Assembly: GCF_004010195.1 (NCBI RefSeq) | Contig: NC_057742.1 | Coordinates: 31,456,479 to 31,520,478, forward strand | Direction: 5' to 3' | DNA length: 64,000 nt | DNA from: Chiloscyllium plagiosum | Lineage: Eukaryota | In this document: one piece after another, positions 10,759-24,066 of the stretch | How positions within the stretch are numbered: the stretch's first letter is position 1 | Layout: every line of letters starts with the position of its first letter | Program-made: the position numbers and the translations under genes | The notes under the pieces: model-generated | Databases searched by the model: none | What the model saw: only the letters and a program-made list of their open reading frames with translations | Told to the model about the DNA's origin: nothing

Positions 10759-12111
10759 CACCCTTAACAATTTCTCCATCGAATCCTCCACTTCCTCCAG
10801 ATGAAAGGGGTAGCCATGGGCTCCAGCTAAGCCTGTCTCTTTGTTGGCTACTTAGAATAGTCCATCTTCCATAATTACGCCAGCACCACTCCCCACCTCT
10901 TCCTCCGCTGCATTGATGACTGCATCGGCACCACCTCGTGCTCCCGCGAGGAGGTTGAGGAGTTCATCAACTTCACTAACACATTCCACCCAGACTTTAA
11001 ATTCACTGGATCATCTCTGACACCTCCCTCCCCTTCCTGGACCTCTCCATCTCCATCAATGACGACCGACTTAACACTGACATTTTTTAGAAATCCACCG
11101 ACTCCCACAGCTACCTGGATTACACCTCATCAGACCCTACCTCCTGCAAAAATGCTATCCCGTATTCCCAATTCCTCCGCCTCTGCTGTATCTGCTCCCA
11201 GGAGGACCAGTTCCACCACAGAACATACCAGATGGCCTTTTTCTTTAAAGACTGTAATTTCCCTTCCCATGTGGTTGAAGATGCCCTCCAAAGCATCTCA
11301 TCCACGCCATTCACCTCTGCCCTCAAACCCCACCTCTCCAACCGCAACAAGGACAGAACCCCTCCTGGTCCTCACCTTCCACCCTGCTAATCTCCCCATA
11401 AACTGCGCCATGCGCCGACATTTCTGCCACCTCCAAACGGACCCCACCACGAGGGATATATTTCCCTCCCCACCCCTTTCTGCCTTCTGCAAAGGCCATT
11501 CCCTCAGTGACTACCTGGTCAGGTCAATGCCCAACAACCGACCCTCCCCTCCTAGCATCTTCCCCTGCCACCACAGAAATTGCAAAACCTGCGCCCACAC
11601 CTCACCCCCAGTCTCCATCCAAGGCCCCAAAGGAGCCTTCCACATCCATACTTTCACCTGCGCATCCATCAATGGTCATTTGTTGTATTTGTTGCTCCCG
11701 ATGTGGTCTCCTTGACATTGGGGAGACTGGACGCCTTCTCACAGATCACTTTAGGGAAATCTCCGGGTCACCTGTACCAATCAATCCTACCGCCCCGTGG
11801 TTGAATATTTCAACTCCACCTCCCACTCTGCTGAGGACATGCAGGTCCTGGGCCTCCTCCACCCAATGCCTGGAGGAAGAACGCTTCATTTTCTGCCTTG
11901 GAACACTTCAGCCCCAGGGCATCAATGTGGACTTCCACCTGTTTCCTCATTCACCCTCTCCCCACCTTACCCCAGTTCCAACATTTATCTCTCCAGCCCA
12001 GAGGCTCACTGCCTCATTCCTGATGAAGGGCTTTTGCCTGAAATGTCGATTTTCCTGCTCCACGGATGCTGCCTGACTTCCTGTGCTTCTCCAGCACCAC
12101 TCTAATCTAGA
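10759..12111 (+). mobile_element. Penelope-like element (RT + GIY-YIG remnants, 3' terminal repeat)
   Basis: KGVAMG...LFLRCIDDC RT motif, CSRCGLLDIGETGR GIY-YIG-like motif, and TSD TCCTGACT at 10751-10758 and 12112-12119. Confidence 0.88.
12016..12051 (+). ncRNA. Minimal hammerhead-ribozyme-like motif in Penelope 3' end (slightly degenerate)
   Basis: CTGATGA-a-GGGC-tttt-GCCT-GAAA-t-GTC. Confidence 0.5.
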
Positions 12112-12382
12112 TCCTGACTATCATAGCCTTGGTACAAGAAACTGGAACTCATGAGGGGAAGAGAGGCAGCATTTCTGATAGCGTGGCTTCAAAGAAGCTC
12201 TGATCAAACACAGCATCAGGAAAAACATTCGCCCTGGTTGGAGTCAGATGGTAAGGAAGGTGGTTATGATTGCTGAGGGAAAATCATCTTAACCCCAGAA
12301 ATTCACTGCAAGAGTTCCTCAGCCGTTGCATCACCCTCCCTCCATCAAAAGGTCAGGAGTGGGGATCTTCGTTAATAATTAC

Positions 12383-12993
12383 TGTTGTGGTTAAATTACC
12401 ACAAGCTATCTTTAATTCAGCTACTTTTTAAGAAACCTCACAATCAAGTACTGAAACAATTGCTTGGAACTTTATTGTGCCTATCAACCAAATAAGACCC
12501 CAAAGTAACCAAGTCAAGTCTCACAATCCAACTAGGCTATTACCCATGATTCCAATCAACAGTGTCTGTTTCTAGATGTGTCCTGGAGTTGAATTTTTCT
12601 GTTCTTCAAGTTTGTGGTTTGACATTATTAATGATCCTTTAGATTCTTTCGTCCAAAACATTGACTACTCCTCTGGAGCTATCAAATCTGCAACATGCCT
12701 CCTGGTCAGAAATAGCTTCCCTGTTCCTTGTTACATTTGGCATCAACTGCCTTTTCAAAGGCACAGCTTTCCTGTTATTAACTCTTGAGATCATGCTATA
12801 CAGCAGGCATTTATCAGGAAGTGTTAGAAGTTGTTTACATAGCTTTGACTTCTTCTCCCAGGCATGGCGAATTTCTTTCAATTCTGGAATAACAGTTTGT
12901 CCTGGACTCTTAACAGTTTATCCCAGAATGAGTTATTGTTGTTTCTTTCAATTCATGACCAGTTATCAACTTTCTGAAGTTTACACCATCACA
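12383..12993. mobile_element. Probable solo LTR
   Basis: TG...CA termini with imperfect terminal inverted repeats and a 4-bp TSD TTAC (12379-12382, 12994-12997). It interrupts a LINE that resumes collinearly. Confidence 0.6.
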
Positions 12994-13544
12994 TTACCAC
13001 AAAGTTCAGGACTATTTTCAACTTCTAAGATACTGAAGCAGTCTGTGTCAAAATACAGTAAGACCTGGAGAACATTCCAGCTTGGGATGGTGAGTGGCAA
13101 GTAACATTTGCACCACAAAAAATGCCATGCAATAACCATCTCCAATAAGCAAGAGTCTAACTATTGGCCTTTGACATTCAGCACACACAATACTCTGGGT
13201 GGGTCTCATCAAGGTCCTGCATAATTGCAGCAAGATATTTCTGTTCCTGTCTTTGAATCATTTTGCTATGAAGACCTTTTTCACCAACTGCTGTACTGCA
13301 TGCTCACTTTGTGACTGGTGATCAAGAACACCTTCCATTTTCTCAAAACATCTCCATTAAGAGAATAATGTGCCTTCCTATTTCTCCCTCCAAAGTCAAC
13401 AATCTTACATTTAGCCATATCATACTAAACATTTGTGTACCAAAAGTTAGTGATAAATTCAATGCTTTAAAAGTTGTCAAAACTTGAGCAAATAATACCG
13501 AAGTAAGTACGAACTATCACTCGAAGAAACAAATACCAGGGGAG

Positions 13545-15050
13545 CTAATGGAGCTAAAGGCCAATGAGTCCCCTGGACTTAATGAGATAAGAGATGCATT
13601 GGTAGTAATTTTCCAAAAATCCTTAGATTCAGAATAAGTCCCAGAGGATTGGAAAACTGTCATTGGAACACCTTTATTTAAAAAGGAAAGAAAGACAAAA
13701 AAAAGAGACTGCAGGCCAGTTAATTTAATATCAATCATTGGGAAAATGTTATAAATGAGTTGATTATAAAGGATATAATAACAGAGCTTTTAGATAGCCA
13801 TAACAATCAAGCAGAGCAAGGATGGCTCCATGAAAGGAAATCATGCCTGACGTATTTATTAAAGCCTCTGAGGAGGTAACAAGCAGGGTAGATAGAGGTT
13901 AACCATTATATGGAATATATTCGAATTTCCAAGTAGCATTCTACGGAGTATGACACAAAAGGTTACTTCAGATAAAAGCCCATGGCTTGGGGTAATTTAT
14001 TAGCATGGTTAGAGGATGGGCTAACAAATAGAAAACAGAGTTGGGATAAAGAGGAAACTTTCAGGATGGCAACCTGCAACTATGGAGTGCCAAAGGAATC
14101 CGTGCAGGGCCCACAATCGTACAAGATATATTAATGATTTGGAAGACGGAAGTAAATGTACTAACATCACGTTTGTGGATGACACAAAATTAAGTGGAAA
14201 GACAAGTAATGAGGATGCCATGGGAGTATAAAGAGGGGTATAGACAGACTTTGTAGATCGAATACAATATGAGAAAGAGTGAGGTTATGCACTTTGGCAG
14301 GAATTGAAAAGCGGAATGTCACTTGAATGGAGAAAGACTGCAGAAAGCTGTGGTACAGCTGTGGTACAGTGGAATTTGGGCATCCTAGTGCATGAATCAT
14401 AAAAAGCTGTTGTTTCAAGTTCTATACATCATAAGGAAGGCAAATGGAAATCGGCCTTTTTCTCATAGAGAACAAGAATAGGAAGGTTAGTTAAAACTGT
14501 ACAAGCATGAGTCATAACACATTTGGAATACTGTTGACAATTTTGGTCCTAATATCTAAGGAAATTCATATTGCTGTTGGAGCAGGATGACCCCAACTTC
14601 GAGATTTTTATAAGAGTAGAGATTTGGCAGATTAAGCTTGCGTTCATTACAGTCTAGAAGAATAAGAAGGCTCCTTATTTTAAAAAAATAATTAGGCTTT
14701 TGAGGAATTTGAAAGGGTAGATGCTCAGAAGTTGTTTACCCTGTGGGAGAATTCGGTCCAGAGAGCATAACCCTTGAATGAGGAGTGACTCATTTGAGAG
14801 AGAGATAAGAAGAAACTTTTTCTTAGGATGATGAATCGGTGGAATTCTTTCCCCACAGAGGGCTGTTAAGTCTGGGTTGCTATGTATATTCAAGCTGAGA
14901 TAGAATAGTTTTTAATCATTCAGGAAATAAAGGGTTATGGGGTTAAGGCAGCAAAGTGGAGTTGAGAATCATCAGATCATCCACGATTTCATTGAGTGGT
15001 GGAGTAGATGCAATGGGCCATAGCCGATTTAGGCTCCTACGTCTTATGGT
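13545..15050 (+). mobile_element. CR1-clade LINE, degenerate RT to 3' end
   Basis: VPEDWK...CRPVNL and FVDDTKL remnants, with a tcttatggt tail. Confidence 0.75.
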
Positions 15051-16131
15051 TTATTGGATAAAGCAGCCTGCTTGATTTGCAGCCCGTCCATCAACTTCAA
15101 TATTTAACCCCCACCACCAACTCAGAAGCAGTAGTATGCACCACTTATAAGAAAGATACACTGTCAAAACTCACCAAAGCCTCTTCAATTGCATTTTCCT
15201 CCACCATCTAGAAGGACAAGGGTACATGGATAGGAAAGATTTAGAGAGATACAGGCCAAGTGCAGCTAAATGGGACTAGTTCGTTTCAGGTCAGCATGGA
15301 CAGGTTGGGCCTGAAGGCCTATTTCCATGCTGTATGACTCCACGACAGAAACACAGGAATAACATTGCCAAACCTTCACTATTCCAGGTCTAAAATGTAG
15401 AACTGCTTTAGCAGGACAGGGTTCTATCTACACCATGTGAACCATAGGAGTTCAATGCAGCACTCAGCACCATCTTCGCAAAGACAATTAGGGTCACAAT
15501 AAATGCTGGCTAAGCCAGCAGATTCTGTGAATGGTAAAGAAAACACAGTAAAATGCATTTCACTTGGTGTCTATGGTAAACTCAAGACTAAGACCAAAAT
15601 ATGTGGAGTCAAGAGATAAGAAACAGAATAAAGAGCCAGCTGGCCACAAAACAGTGTATAAGGGTTAAATAAAACTATTTATTGAATGTAGTAAGTGGTC
15701 AAAAGTGACAGTTACTTAGAAAATTCTTACAGAGCACAACATGGTAGCTCACAGATATTTCTCTGGCTGGTTAAATCAAAGAACAAAATCCAGGATTGCT
15801 GTTAAGCCACTTAAGACTGACATGCGGAGGAAATACATCAGAGTGTGATGTTTTGGAATTCTCGATCCAGAGGGCCAAAGAAACTTGATCACTTTGCATG
15901 TTCAAAACAGAAATCCTTAGATTTTTTGAGGCAATAACGTCAATGGATAGGAGGATATGGGGGAGGTGATACAGTTAAATTACAAGGAGGTAAATGATCG
16001 GCCATGATCGAATTGAAAGGCTGAGCAACCACAATGGCCTACTCCTGTTTCCATGCTCCACAATAATAGCTGCTGAAACCACTGTTAATTACCATCTACA
16101 GGAAACAGTTTGGATTCATCATTTTTTTTAA

Positions 16132-16435
16132 TTACATTACAGTGTGGAAACAGGCCCTTTGGCCCAACAAGTCCACACCGACCTGCCGAAGCGCAACCCA
16201 CCCATACCCCTACATTTACCCCTTACCTAACACTACGGACAATTTAGCATGGCCAATTCACCTGACCTGCACATCTTTGGACTGTGGGAGGAAACCGGAG
16301 CACCCAGAGGAAACCCACGCAGACACGGGGAGAATGTGCAAACTCCACACAGTCAGTCACCTGAGGCGGGAATTGAACCCGGGTCTCAGGCGCTGTGAGG
16401 CAGCAGTGCTAACCACTGTGCCACCATGCCGCCCA
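16132..16435 (-). mobile_element. HE1/V-SINE-type SINE, near full length
   Basis: Reverse complement begins gggcggcatggtggcacagtggttagcactgctgcc (A-box), then B-box gggttcaattccc and the conserved tail. Confidence 0.9.
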
Positions 16436-17440
16436 CCAATGGGGACAATGAATTGGGGAGGTCAGTACAGTTAACACAGGGAGGACTGCAATAACAGACA
16501 GTCTTGATAAGCTTGCAGAAAGGACGTGTCATTAGTAAACTAATACCCACAATAACTACATTAATGAAATGCGAAGTGGTGCATTTTGGGCAGAAAAAAA
16601 GCCACATGGACTGAAAAGTGGCAGGTAACATTTACATCATACGAATATCAGGCAATAACCAACTCCAACAAAAGTATAAAAAAAAGTCTCCCCTACCACT
16701 GCCATGCAGGATATCACCGTTGACCACAAACCCAGCCCATCTAGGGTATAAAAGGAGATCAGAGGCCTGCTTTTTTGCAGCATATAACTCAACACCTAAC
16801 TCGCTAAAGCCTACCTATCAAATGAAATGTGCAAGTCATGGTGTGATTCTTTCTACTGGTCTGGATGAGTGCAGTTCTAACACTCACAGGGAAGGCCATT
16901 CATTCCCTTGAGCCTGTTCCTCCATTCAAGGAGATCCTAATCCATACACTTGCCTTTGGCCCATATTTCTTAATACCTTTGCTTAACAAAAAAAATTCTC
17001 TCCTATTCAAAGTTACAACTGACCAAGCACCACCTGTCATTTATGGAAGAGTGTTCCAAACATCTACCATTCTTTACGTATAGAAGTGCTTTCCAACATC
17101 TCTCCTGAATAGTCTAACCCAAATTCTCAGATGATGCCCCCTAGTTCTAGAATCTCCACCCAGCGGAAATAGTTTATATACACTGCCCATTCCTAAAGAC
17201 TACAACAAATCATTCTTTAACTTTGTAAATTCTAGAGAAAACAGGTCCAATTTGTATAATCTCTCCTCACAGCATAATACCTGAAGCCAGGTATCATTCT
17301 TGAAAACCTATGTTGTACTCCCTCCAAGAACAATATATTCTTCGTAAGATGTGGTGCCTAAGAATGGGTCTGGGTGGGTTGCGCTTCGGCGGGTCAGTGT
17401 GGACTTGTTGGGCCGAAGGGCCTGTTTCCACACTGTAAGT

Positions 17441-17490
17441 AATCTAATCTAATCTAATCTAATCTAATCTAATCTAATCTAATCTAATCT
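17441..17490 (+). repeat. (AATCT)10 microsatellite expanded from a SINE 3' tail (SINE fragment 17362-17440)
   Basis: Perfect pentamer array directly after gggcctgtttccacactgtaagt. Confidence 0.95.
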
Positions 17491-17662
17491 AAATCTGCTC
17501 TCAGTACTGCAAGTGGGGTCTAACCAGGGTTTTGTATAACAACAGCAGACTTTCGGTATCATTATGCTCCAGTCCTCTATATATCAAGGCCAGCAGTAGC
17601 TTTCTTGATTATTTTATGCACCTGTTCATGGCATTTTAAAGACGCACATACCTGAACCACCA

Positions 17663-17880
17663 GGCAGAAGTGGGTAGTGCAGATGCTGGAAATTAGAGTG
17701 GTGCTAGAAAAGCACAGCAAATCAGGCAGCATCCGAGAAGCAGGAAAATTGACGTTTTGGGCAAAAGCCCTTCATCAGGAATGGCTCCCGATGAAGGGCT
17801 TTTGCCTGAAACGTCAATTTTCCAGCTCCTCAGATGCTGTCTAATCTGCAGTGCTTTTCCAGCACCACTCTAATCTTGTG
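17663..17880. mobile_element. Penelope-derived fold-back (inverted repeat) element
   Basis: Two inverted copies of the terminal sequence seen at 12016-12110, with TSD CCTGAACCACCA at 17651-17662 and 17881-17892. Confidence 0.85.
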
Positions 17881-19152
17881 CCTGAACCACCAACCTTTTT
17901 TTGGCTATCCATTGCATTTAAGTTCATACCATCCGGAAAGAACCCTGATCTCTCCTTTCTCAGTCCAAAATGCTTACTTTGAACTCAATCTGCCACAGTT
18001 TAGCCCATTCACTTAAATTATCAATTACAAATTGTAATTTTTACATTACCATCTACAGTGTCTACAATACCACGTAACTTTTTGCCATTCAATTTGGATA
18101 TATGACTTTCTGTGCAAGTCATTTTATTCAAAATGTTAATAAATAATTGAGACCCTCACAGATCCTTATTGGCTACATTCTGCCAATTTGAGTATCTACC
18201 CATTATTCCTACTTTCTGTTGCCTGCAACTCAACCAATTTCCCAGCTGTATCAATAATATACCCTAAGTTCCCTGGGCTTTTATTTTAGTTAACATCTTC
18301 GGCGGGACTTGAACGAATGACTTCTTGGGAAGTCCATATAAACAAAATCCATAGATATCCCCTGCCCACCACCACTTCAAAAAATTCAGAATGGTTTGTC
18401 AGGCATCATCTATGTTACAATATGGAGACAGACAGCTGAACCAAATCTGCCTTTCTACTTCTATATTTGCAATGCAGTTAAATTAAAACCTTCTAAAGCA
18501 CTCAAAATTGACCCGCAAGGTTCCTAACCAGAATAACCCATCTCAGATTCTGCAAATAATCAATCCCTGCCACCCATTACATTTTAAACAAAAACTAGCA
18601 ATTTATTAACAATATGTTAACTTTGGCAGATCAAAATTAAACAAAAGTAACCAAAATGTTCATCATTTAAACCCAATAGCCTTTATTTTCAGCACTATTC
18701 ACAAAAAATAGATAAAAAAAGTGTCATGGAATAAGTAAAAAAAAAAATACAAAACTAGCCAGATTACCTAAGTGGTTTTCAAGATGCATTGTTCCACAGG
18801 CATAAAAGATTTTTTTTGTGGTTGATTTTTCTGATGTTGATTAGGGTCCCCTTTATAGTTTTCTCAGATGGAGGCTACAATACTTATAACTTTATTTTCT
18901 ATTCTCTGAGCTTCCAAAAGCTGTTCATGGGAGGTTAATCAGGAAGCTTTCAAATCTTCATGCTGCAGAATCAACAGCCAGAATCTTTATTCCTGAAAGA
19001 ACTGCCCAAAACCCAGTTCAAACTCTAGCCACTCCCTGACAGATTGTCTGTCTACTCCACAAGTCCCTGTTACCATTCATTATCTCCATCTGCTTCAGCA
19101 CAAAGTCTTTTCCACACTTGCTGGAACCAATTCCCACGTACGAGTTTCATTA

Positions 19153-19560
19153 CAGGTACAAGATGCTTTATCCGAACATCCAAAAACTGAAAAGCTCAGA
19201 AATCTGAAGGTTTTTTTGTGAAGTTGTTTTCTCATTAACAAGATTGTTTGGCATGCTAACAGTTTACCCAAGTCGATACCCACTTGATGTGTGTCATACA
19301 GATGCAACATGGGGGGCATGGCCAAGCACTGACAGGTCTGGGGTTTCTCAGTGAACACCCCCAAGTCAACACCCACTTGATGCATGTCACGGAGATGCGA
19401 TGGGGGTGCGTGGCCAAGCACTTTCTTACTTAGAAGTCTACTTCTCCGGTAAGATTTTTAAAACTTTCACCATTAAACGGCTACATTCTGAAAACCAAAA
19501 AATCCCAAACTCCCAAAAACAGCTGGTCCCGAGCATTTCAGATAAAGGATCTTATACCTG
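19153..19560. mobile_element. Tc1/mariner-pogo-type MITE
   Basis: 24-bp terminal inverted repeats CAGGTACAAGATGCTTTATCCGAA / TTCAGATAAAGGATCTTATACCTG (3 mismatches), flanked by TA on both sides. Confidence 0.88.
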
Positions 19561-20297
19561 TAGTAGCCAACTTTTGCTATCTGCTTGAGCATAAGGCCCT
19601 TCCACGGTGACAAAGCATCTGCAGAATCTTTTCATCAGGAACTAACCTGTAATCAACTTTCAGGCCTGGCTTCACAAATAAACAAAAGTTTGTTTAGTCT
19701 GCTTTCTTTTTAACACAAGCTGTTACCCACAGTCCTAAGTCATTTTTAGCTCACAGTTCCAAACCAAAATTGATAAAAAAGAAAAAGAAAAATGATGAAA
19801 AATCAGCAAGGGCTCTCACCTGTCATGAGTCCATGCTTGCTCACCCTGATTAACTGAAAATCTGAACTGTTTAGTTACCACATGTTTACAGACTCCAATA
19901 ATTCCCCTCCACGTATGCTAGGCTAACTGGTCTGTCATATCTCAGCTTTCCTCTTATACCCATTTTAAACATTCACTGTTTCGTTACTGGCAATTGTAGT
20001 CGCAGAGTGTGCTATTAACGAGGTGTACTTCAAAACAACTTGCCAAAGTTTCAACCTTTTCATAATCTGCAACCTTAAATGACAAGGAAAATAGATGCAA
20101 GGGAAGATTAGCTTTCAAAAACTAGCAAGTAAGGATCTTTGAAGTACATGCCTTCTATTCAAAACAACATTTAAACTCAGTGTCAGGAAAAGATAAAATA
20201 TTTGAATACCACTGAGTTGTAGCAGTACTGTCGTGGCCCTCGGAGAAAGATTGAAGCATGCCATTGTATTTCAAATGTACAGATAATTGAGTCTTAC

Positions 20298-20395
20298 CTT
20301 TGGTGCAGGACAGCATCCAAATTCTCCTGAAGGAAGCTTACAGCAAGTATTATTATCAGGGCAGAACACTGTTTCGTTGCACCACACATATTGAA
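20298..20395 (-). CDS. grn: Progranulin coding exon 7: N-half module
   Basis: ttttgtag|(V)[32 protein letters not shown]|gtaaga. 98 nt, phase 1-0. N-glycosylation sequons NET and NNT. Confidence 0.95.
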
Positions 20396-21772
20396 CTACA
20401 AAAGCAAATAAGATAATTAATTAATGGAAGACAAAATCTAATGGTGTCACATGGTGGAGCATAGGAACAAGAGAAAGAGAAATAAGTGGACATTATACAC
20501 AACATACATGGGAACAAAACGAAAATCAGTAATTTCAACAATAATTTTTCCTTCAACGGTGCTCTGAAAGCAATCGACTATTTTATTCATTTGCGCGACC
20601 AATTTGTTTTTGTGGACTGACCAATTGAGCCTCATCTGATTGAAATATCTAGCCCTAGTTCCATGTTCAACTTAAATCAAAGGAGCAGGAATAGGCTATT
20701 TGGCCCTTCAAACCTGCTCCACCATTTAACATGATCATGGCTGATCATCCAACTCATACCTCATTCCTACTTTCTCCCCCACACCCTTTGATCCCTTCAG
20801 CCCCAAGAACGATACCTAATTTCTAACTGAAGACATTCAATGCTTTGGTTTCAATTGCTTTCTGTGACAGAAAGTTCCAGAGGCTCACTACTCTCTGGAT
20901 GAAGAAATTTCACTCCACCTCAGTCCAAAATAGCCTACCCATAACCTTAAACTGTGAATCTTAGTTCTGAAAACTCTATCGGGTAAATCATTTATAGACT
21001 GCTAGGAGCTCTAAAGTGGATAACCTCACAATTACCCACATTATACATCATCTTCCATAGATTTGCCCATGTACTTAACTTGCCCAAAACTTTTGAGCAT
21101 CTCTGCATGCTGCTCACAGCTCATCCACCCACCCTCCCAGCTTTGTGTCTCCTGTAAACTTGGAGATTTACATTTAGTTCCCTAAACTAAATCATTAACG
21201 TATATTGTGAATAGCTGGGATCCAAGCAGTGATCCCTACAGTAGCCCACTAATGCTAACTTTAGATGGCAGAGGACGTTTAGTTGTGAAAGGATAGATTG
21301 ATGTTATGGCAGATTTCTTTCAAATGTTGAAAAAGTTAAATTTTGTCCACAGGGTAGAAAATTTGATCAAGAGAAGAGAAAAGAATTATAGTGGTTAGTA
21401 TAAACAACAACAAAAAAAAGTCAGGTTAAATGTTGAGAACTGCTTTTCCATTTTCAAACTGAAACACAGAATCAAGTGTAGGCCATTCAGTCTCTCAAGC
21501 CTGTTACATTATTTGATGAGAGCAAGGCAGCTCTGCAGTGTGAACTCCTTTACCTCCACGGGGTCCATAATAATAGGTCACAGTTAGGGCAGTAAAATAT
21601 AACACGGCACTTTGCACCAATGTTTTCACACCAAATTTGACACTTTGTCATGTACAGGAGTTATTAAATGAATAATGGCTTAGTTAATGAGGTATGAATT
21701 AAGGACATTGCAGAGACAAAGATTTAGAGCGGAAGTTTCAGAGATCAGAGTTTCAACAATCATAAAGTGATT

Positions 21773-22038
21773 AAAACCAGGGTCACGAGAAAGGCCAGAA
21801 TTGGTGTAGCGCAGACAAAGCTTGTAGACCTGTGGAAAACTACAAAGAGGGTCATGAGGGAAGTTACAAAAACAAGTGGAAGTAGTTTAAAATGGAGTAA
21901 TCAAAAACCAGGGTCACGAGAAAGGCCAGAATTGGTGTAGCGCAGACAAAGCTTGTAGACCTGTGGAAAACTACAAAGAAAGAGGGTCATGAGGGGAGTT
22001 ACAAAAACAAGTGGAAGTAGTTTAAAATGGAGTAATCA
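21773..22038 (+). repeat. Recent two-copy tandem duplication (131 + 135 bp)
   Basis: aaaaccagggtcacgagaaagg...ggagtaatca is repeated. The copies differ by a 4-bp indel and one substitution. Confidence 0.95.
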
Positions 22039-23757
22039 GTTAACTAGAGCACAGGGCGATGGATGACTGGGACTTGGTGCATGTTACAGAAATTTCAATG
22101 AGCTCAAGTTTTTGGAAAGTGGCAGACGAGAAACCAGGCAGTACAGTGTTTGAATAGTTGATAGGTTATAATGTATTTGTTTCTTTGAAGTCCAGATTGC
22201 AAGAAGAAATAATAAATTTACCTCATTCACTAAGCCATTATTCATTTAATAACTCCTGGGGTTTACCAGAATGGCTGCATAATTTGAAAGGAATTTGACA
22301 CCTATTGTGAAATCTGTTTATTTGTGATGATAGGTTCCTGCAATCCACAAGAACTGAAGAAAATTCATTTCAGATGCAAAATGTTAACTGTTTTTTTCTT
22401 CACAGATGCTACCAGAGCTGCTGAGTTTTTCCAATATTCTGTGTGCGTTCTAGAAAAGTTTATCTATTCAGTAGCAGATAGATGCCAGAGTGAGGGATGG
22501 AGTTGGTGGCTAAGGAAGTAATTTGCAGTGGGGTTCAAAGACAATAGCTTTGGTACTCCCAACATTTAGTTAGAAGAAATTTCTCCTCATCCACTACTGG
22601 GATATTAGACATAGGCATAGGCACAGTTGTAATTCAGAAACAATGGTCCTGTTAATAGTGACGCATGTATGTTAGCTGACAAAGTTTCAGGAGCAGAAAC
22701 AAAGAACAGCAGCATCAAAGGCTCAATGGATGAGAAGGGATAGTTTACCTTTCCTACTGGATGTTATATGTGACGTTAAGATTGTTTCACAACAATGATG
22801 GAATGGAACATCTTCAAAACCTTCAAATTGTGAACCCACTCCCGTTCCTTCCCTTTCTTTTAGCTTTACTTGTTATATTCTCTGTCACCAGGACTGGCTG
22901 TTCTTTCCAGTTTAGCAATTAGACACACCATGGTTCTGCAATTCACACATTCCAATCCTTTAATCTGAACTATCAGCATCCTTTCTCCTAAGGCACTCTC
23001 CCTCTCCCCCGCCATTCTATCCCCTCCACATTTCATGTCAGGTCTGAAGAACAGTGATCTGGACTCGAAACATAAGCTTACTTTCTCTCCATGCTTGCTG
23101 CCTGGCCCACTGTGATCTCCAGCATATTTTATTTTCTGTACAGATTCCAGCATCTGCAGTATTTTGCTCCTACATGGTAGAATGGAAATTTGATTGGAGG
23201 AATTCCTACATGAAATTCCAGGAAAGAAGGGTTTGGCTTATGGAAGATGGCTGAATGTTCAAAGAATCAAGAGGAAACGGAAATTGGTGACGGGGTGGTA
23301 GTTGCAAAAATGGACAAAACATTCCGGGCCTTTGATCCAAAGAGAGGACTGATGTTTGGAAAATTTGAGAAGGAGAGAAGCAGTACCAGAACAGGGAGAA
23401 CCATTAACAATATCAAGTAACGCTGGGATCAGTAAAGGAATCAGCAGTTTGTTGGGAGCATTTGAAGAAGCAAGAAGTGGGACTCATAACAATCAGCTCA
23501 TGATCAGAGGCAGGATAGACTTCAGGGAACGACAAGAGTATTCAGGGCTAGGAATGCCTGAGGGAATCTTGGAGGATGTTTTGCCTGGTGGTCCAAGGAA
23601 TGAATGTTAGCGGCAAAGGGAGTTGAATAGACGAGCTCAATCTTATGTGAACACTTCAATTATTATTGGTGGCAAAGGCAGAAGATACACAGAGGAAACG
23701 TTTTTAAAAGACTGTGTAATAAAAGTCTATTAGCTTTTTTGAAGTTCATGATGAACC

Positions 23758-24066
23758 GTGGGTGGCACGGTGGTTAGCACTGCTGCCTCACAGCGCCAGA
23801 ATCCCGGGTTCAATTCCCGCCTCAGGCAACTGTCTGTGTGGAGTTTGCACATTCTCCCCGTGTCTGTGTGGGTTTCCTCCGGGTGCTCCGGTTTCCTCCC
23901 ACAGTCCAAAAAATGTGCAGGTTAGGTAAATTGGTCATGCTAAATTGTTCGTAGTGTTAGGTGAAGGGGTGAATGTAGGGGAATGGGTCTGGGTGAGTTG
24001 CTCTTCGGAGGGTCGGTGTGGAGTTGTTGGGCCGAAGGGCCTGTTTCCACACTGTAAGTAATCTAA
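23758..24066 (+). mobile_element. HE1/V-SINE-type SINE
   Basis: gggtggcacggtggttagcactgctgcctcacagcgcc...gggcctgtttccacactgtaagtaatcta. Confidence 0.92.

Larger units (their letters stand above)
10045..15525 (+). mobile_element. Old L2/CR1-group LINE split by nested insertions
   Basis: Collinear RT remnants at about 10045-10758, 12112-12382, 12994-13200 and 15050-15525 (APELATPLVKL; 3' end attagggtcacaataaatgctggc). Confidence 0.6.
16885..18410 (-). mobile_element. CR1-clade LINE fragments hosting a SINE tail and a fold-back insertion
   Basis: Minus-strand CR1 3'-end and RT motifs (gcccccctagttctaga-type; tggaagtccatata), continuing at about 19820-19970. Confidence 0.55.

Noticed and set aside
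11059-12105. Overlapping Pro/Ser/Thr-rich ORFs
   Set aside because: They are frameshifted pieces and alternative frames of a C-rich Penelope-like element.
18413-19818. Possible LTR-like insertion interrupting a CR1 fragment
   Set aside because: The host LINE seems to resume afterwards, but no TSD is evident, so it is left unclassified.
23758-23830. tRNA-like A/B-box sequences (here and in other copies) as tRNA genes
   Set aside because: They are SINE heads followed by the conserved SINE body and tail.
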